A stretch of 64,000 nucleotides of DNA from contig JAGIQG010000012.1 in the NCBI GenBank assembly GCA_024679065.1, positions 54,684,001-54,748,000 of the forward strand, written 5' to 3'. A program made the position numbers and the translations under genes. Below, piece after piece: positions 63,109 to 64,000 of this stretch. This DNA is from Sphyrna mokarran. Its lineage: Eukaryota. Under the pieces are notes generated by a model. That model was not told where the DNA came from. It made no database searches and saw only the letters and a list, made by a program, of their open reading frames with translations. How positions within the stretch are numbered: position 1 is the stretch's first letter; each line of letters begins with the position of its first letter.

Positions 63109-63814
63109 ATAAACATATCTTTTTTCAAATAAAGTGGTCAAAACTGTGCACAATCATCCAGATGTGGTCTTACCAAGGCTCTGTACAGCTTCAGTAAAAC
63201 ATCCCCACTTGTATATTCCATTCCTCTCCCAATAAATGCCAACATCCCATTTGCCTTCCTAATCACTTGGTGTGCTTGCTGTACCCTCTCATTCTCCCTG
63301 TAGTATTGGCAGTGGCCATCTTTCTTGGTGGCGCTGTTGAGCCTGCAAAGATGCAGGATCTCTGAGTGGGCTGACAACATGGAGGCCCAGCTAGCCATCC
63401 TGAATCAGAATTCACAAATGCCAGCAGGAAGATTGCTGCAGTGGCTCAGCTATCCTCTGTGCAGGCTTGAGGCCTCATAAGGTCCCAATGTCAGGACTTA
63501 ACCCTTATCGAGAGATTCCCAACAACGTATCGCTTATTCTATCTGGAAAAATGTGACAAGAGGGTGCTTTAGTTTTTGAAAGAACAGTAATTTTACATGA
63601 AATCATGACATCATGAATTTCTTTAAAATTATTCATCAATTCTAAAAACTACCCTTTGGTTGCACATGAAGAAAAAATGTAAGGAAACGTGGAAGGAGAA
63701 AAGATTGTTTGGTTCATCAAACATAGTCTTTCACTGCCCAGCTAAAATCAACTTAAGTTCAATTCTATCCAAAAACATGGCCTTTGGTTTGCGGCCATTT
63801 AGCTCTGCACTTTA

Positions 63815-63935
63815 CTCCCATTCTGACTAATCTGTCTTCAGCCTCCTACACTGTTCCAATGAAACTCATCATCTTTCAGCTCGGAAGCTTACAACCTTCT
63901 GGATTCAACACAGAGTTCAACAGTTTCAGGTCACA
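63815..63935 (+). mobile_element. Penelope-like ORF C-terminal fragment
   Basis: LSVFSLLHCSNE and IIFQLGSLQPSGFNTEFNSFR resemble the PLE C-terminus LIFRLGTLQPxGLNxEF. Confidence 0.6.
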
Positions 63936-64000
63936 ATCTCTGCTCTTTTTTTTGACGGCAGCTGTTGGTCATCAGAGAATCCCAACACTGCAGACAGAGG

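Larger units (their letters stand above)
62095..63290 (-). mobile_element. CR1 LINE 3' part interrupted by two MITEs and an HE1 copy
   Basis: Antisense tail at about 62095-62210; ORF 63138-63398 includes KANGMLAFIGRGMEY..LYRALVRPHL. Confidence 0.85.

Noticed and set aside
1-64000. CRISPR array, prokaryotic operon or viral insertion
   Set aside because: No regularly spaced repeat-spacer units, no dense coding region and no viral motifs; the content is vertebrate repeats throughout.

Overview
Eukaryotic, non-coding, repeat-rich DNA from a cartilaginous fish, most likely a shark. The taxon call rests on about 12 HE1/V-SINE-type tRNA SINEs, many CR1-clade LINE 3' ends sharing the GGGCCGAA-GGCCT...(GTTCTAT)n tail, and DeuSINE-like copies. 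I found no intact host protein-coding gene, RNA gene or CRISPR array, so the window reads as a long intron or gene desert. Main content: (1) decayed PIF/Harbinger DNA transposons with HARBI1-like transposase and intron-containing Myb/SANT partner genes, including a four-layer nest at about 32.3-40.1 kb; (2) a Penelope-like retroelement (RT + GIY-YIG) with inverted terminal repeats carrying hammerhead cores; (3) a young CR1 with a candidate TSD, plus L2, Rex1-like and Tx1-like fragments and MITEs; (4) TE-poor, motif-rich blocks that may be conserved enhancers. Family names come from recalled motifs and consensus sequences, not database searches, and boundaries of old repeats are approximate (tens of bp). 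I found no convincing evidence for a wholly new biological system.
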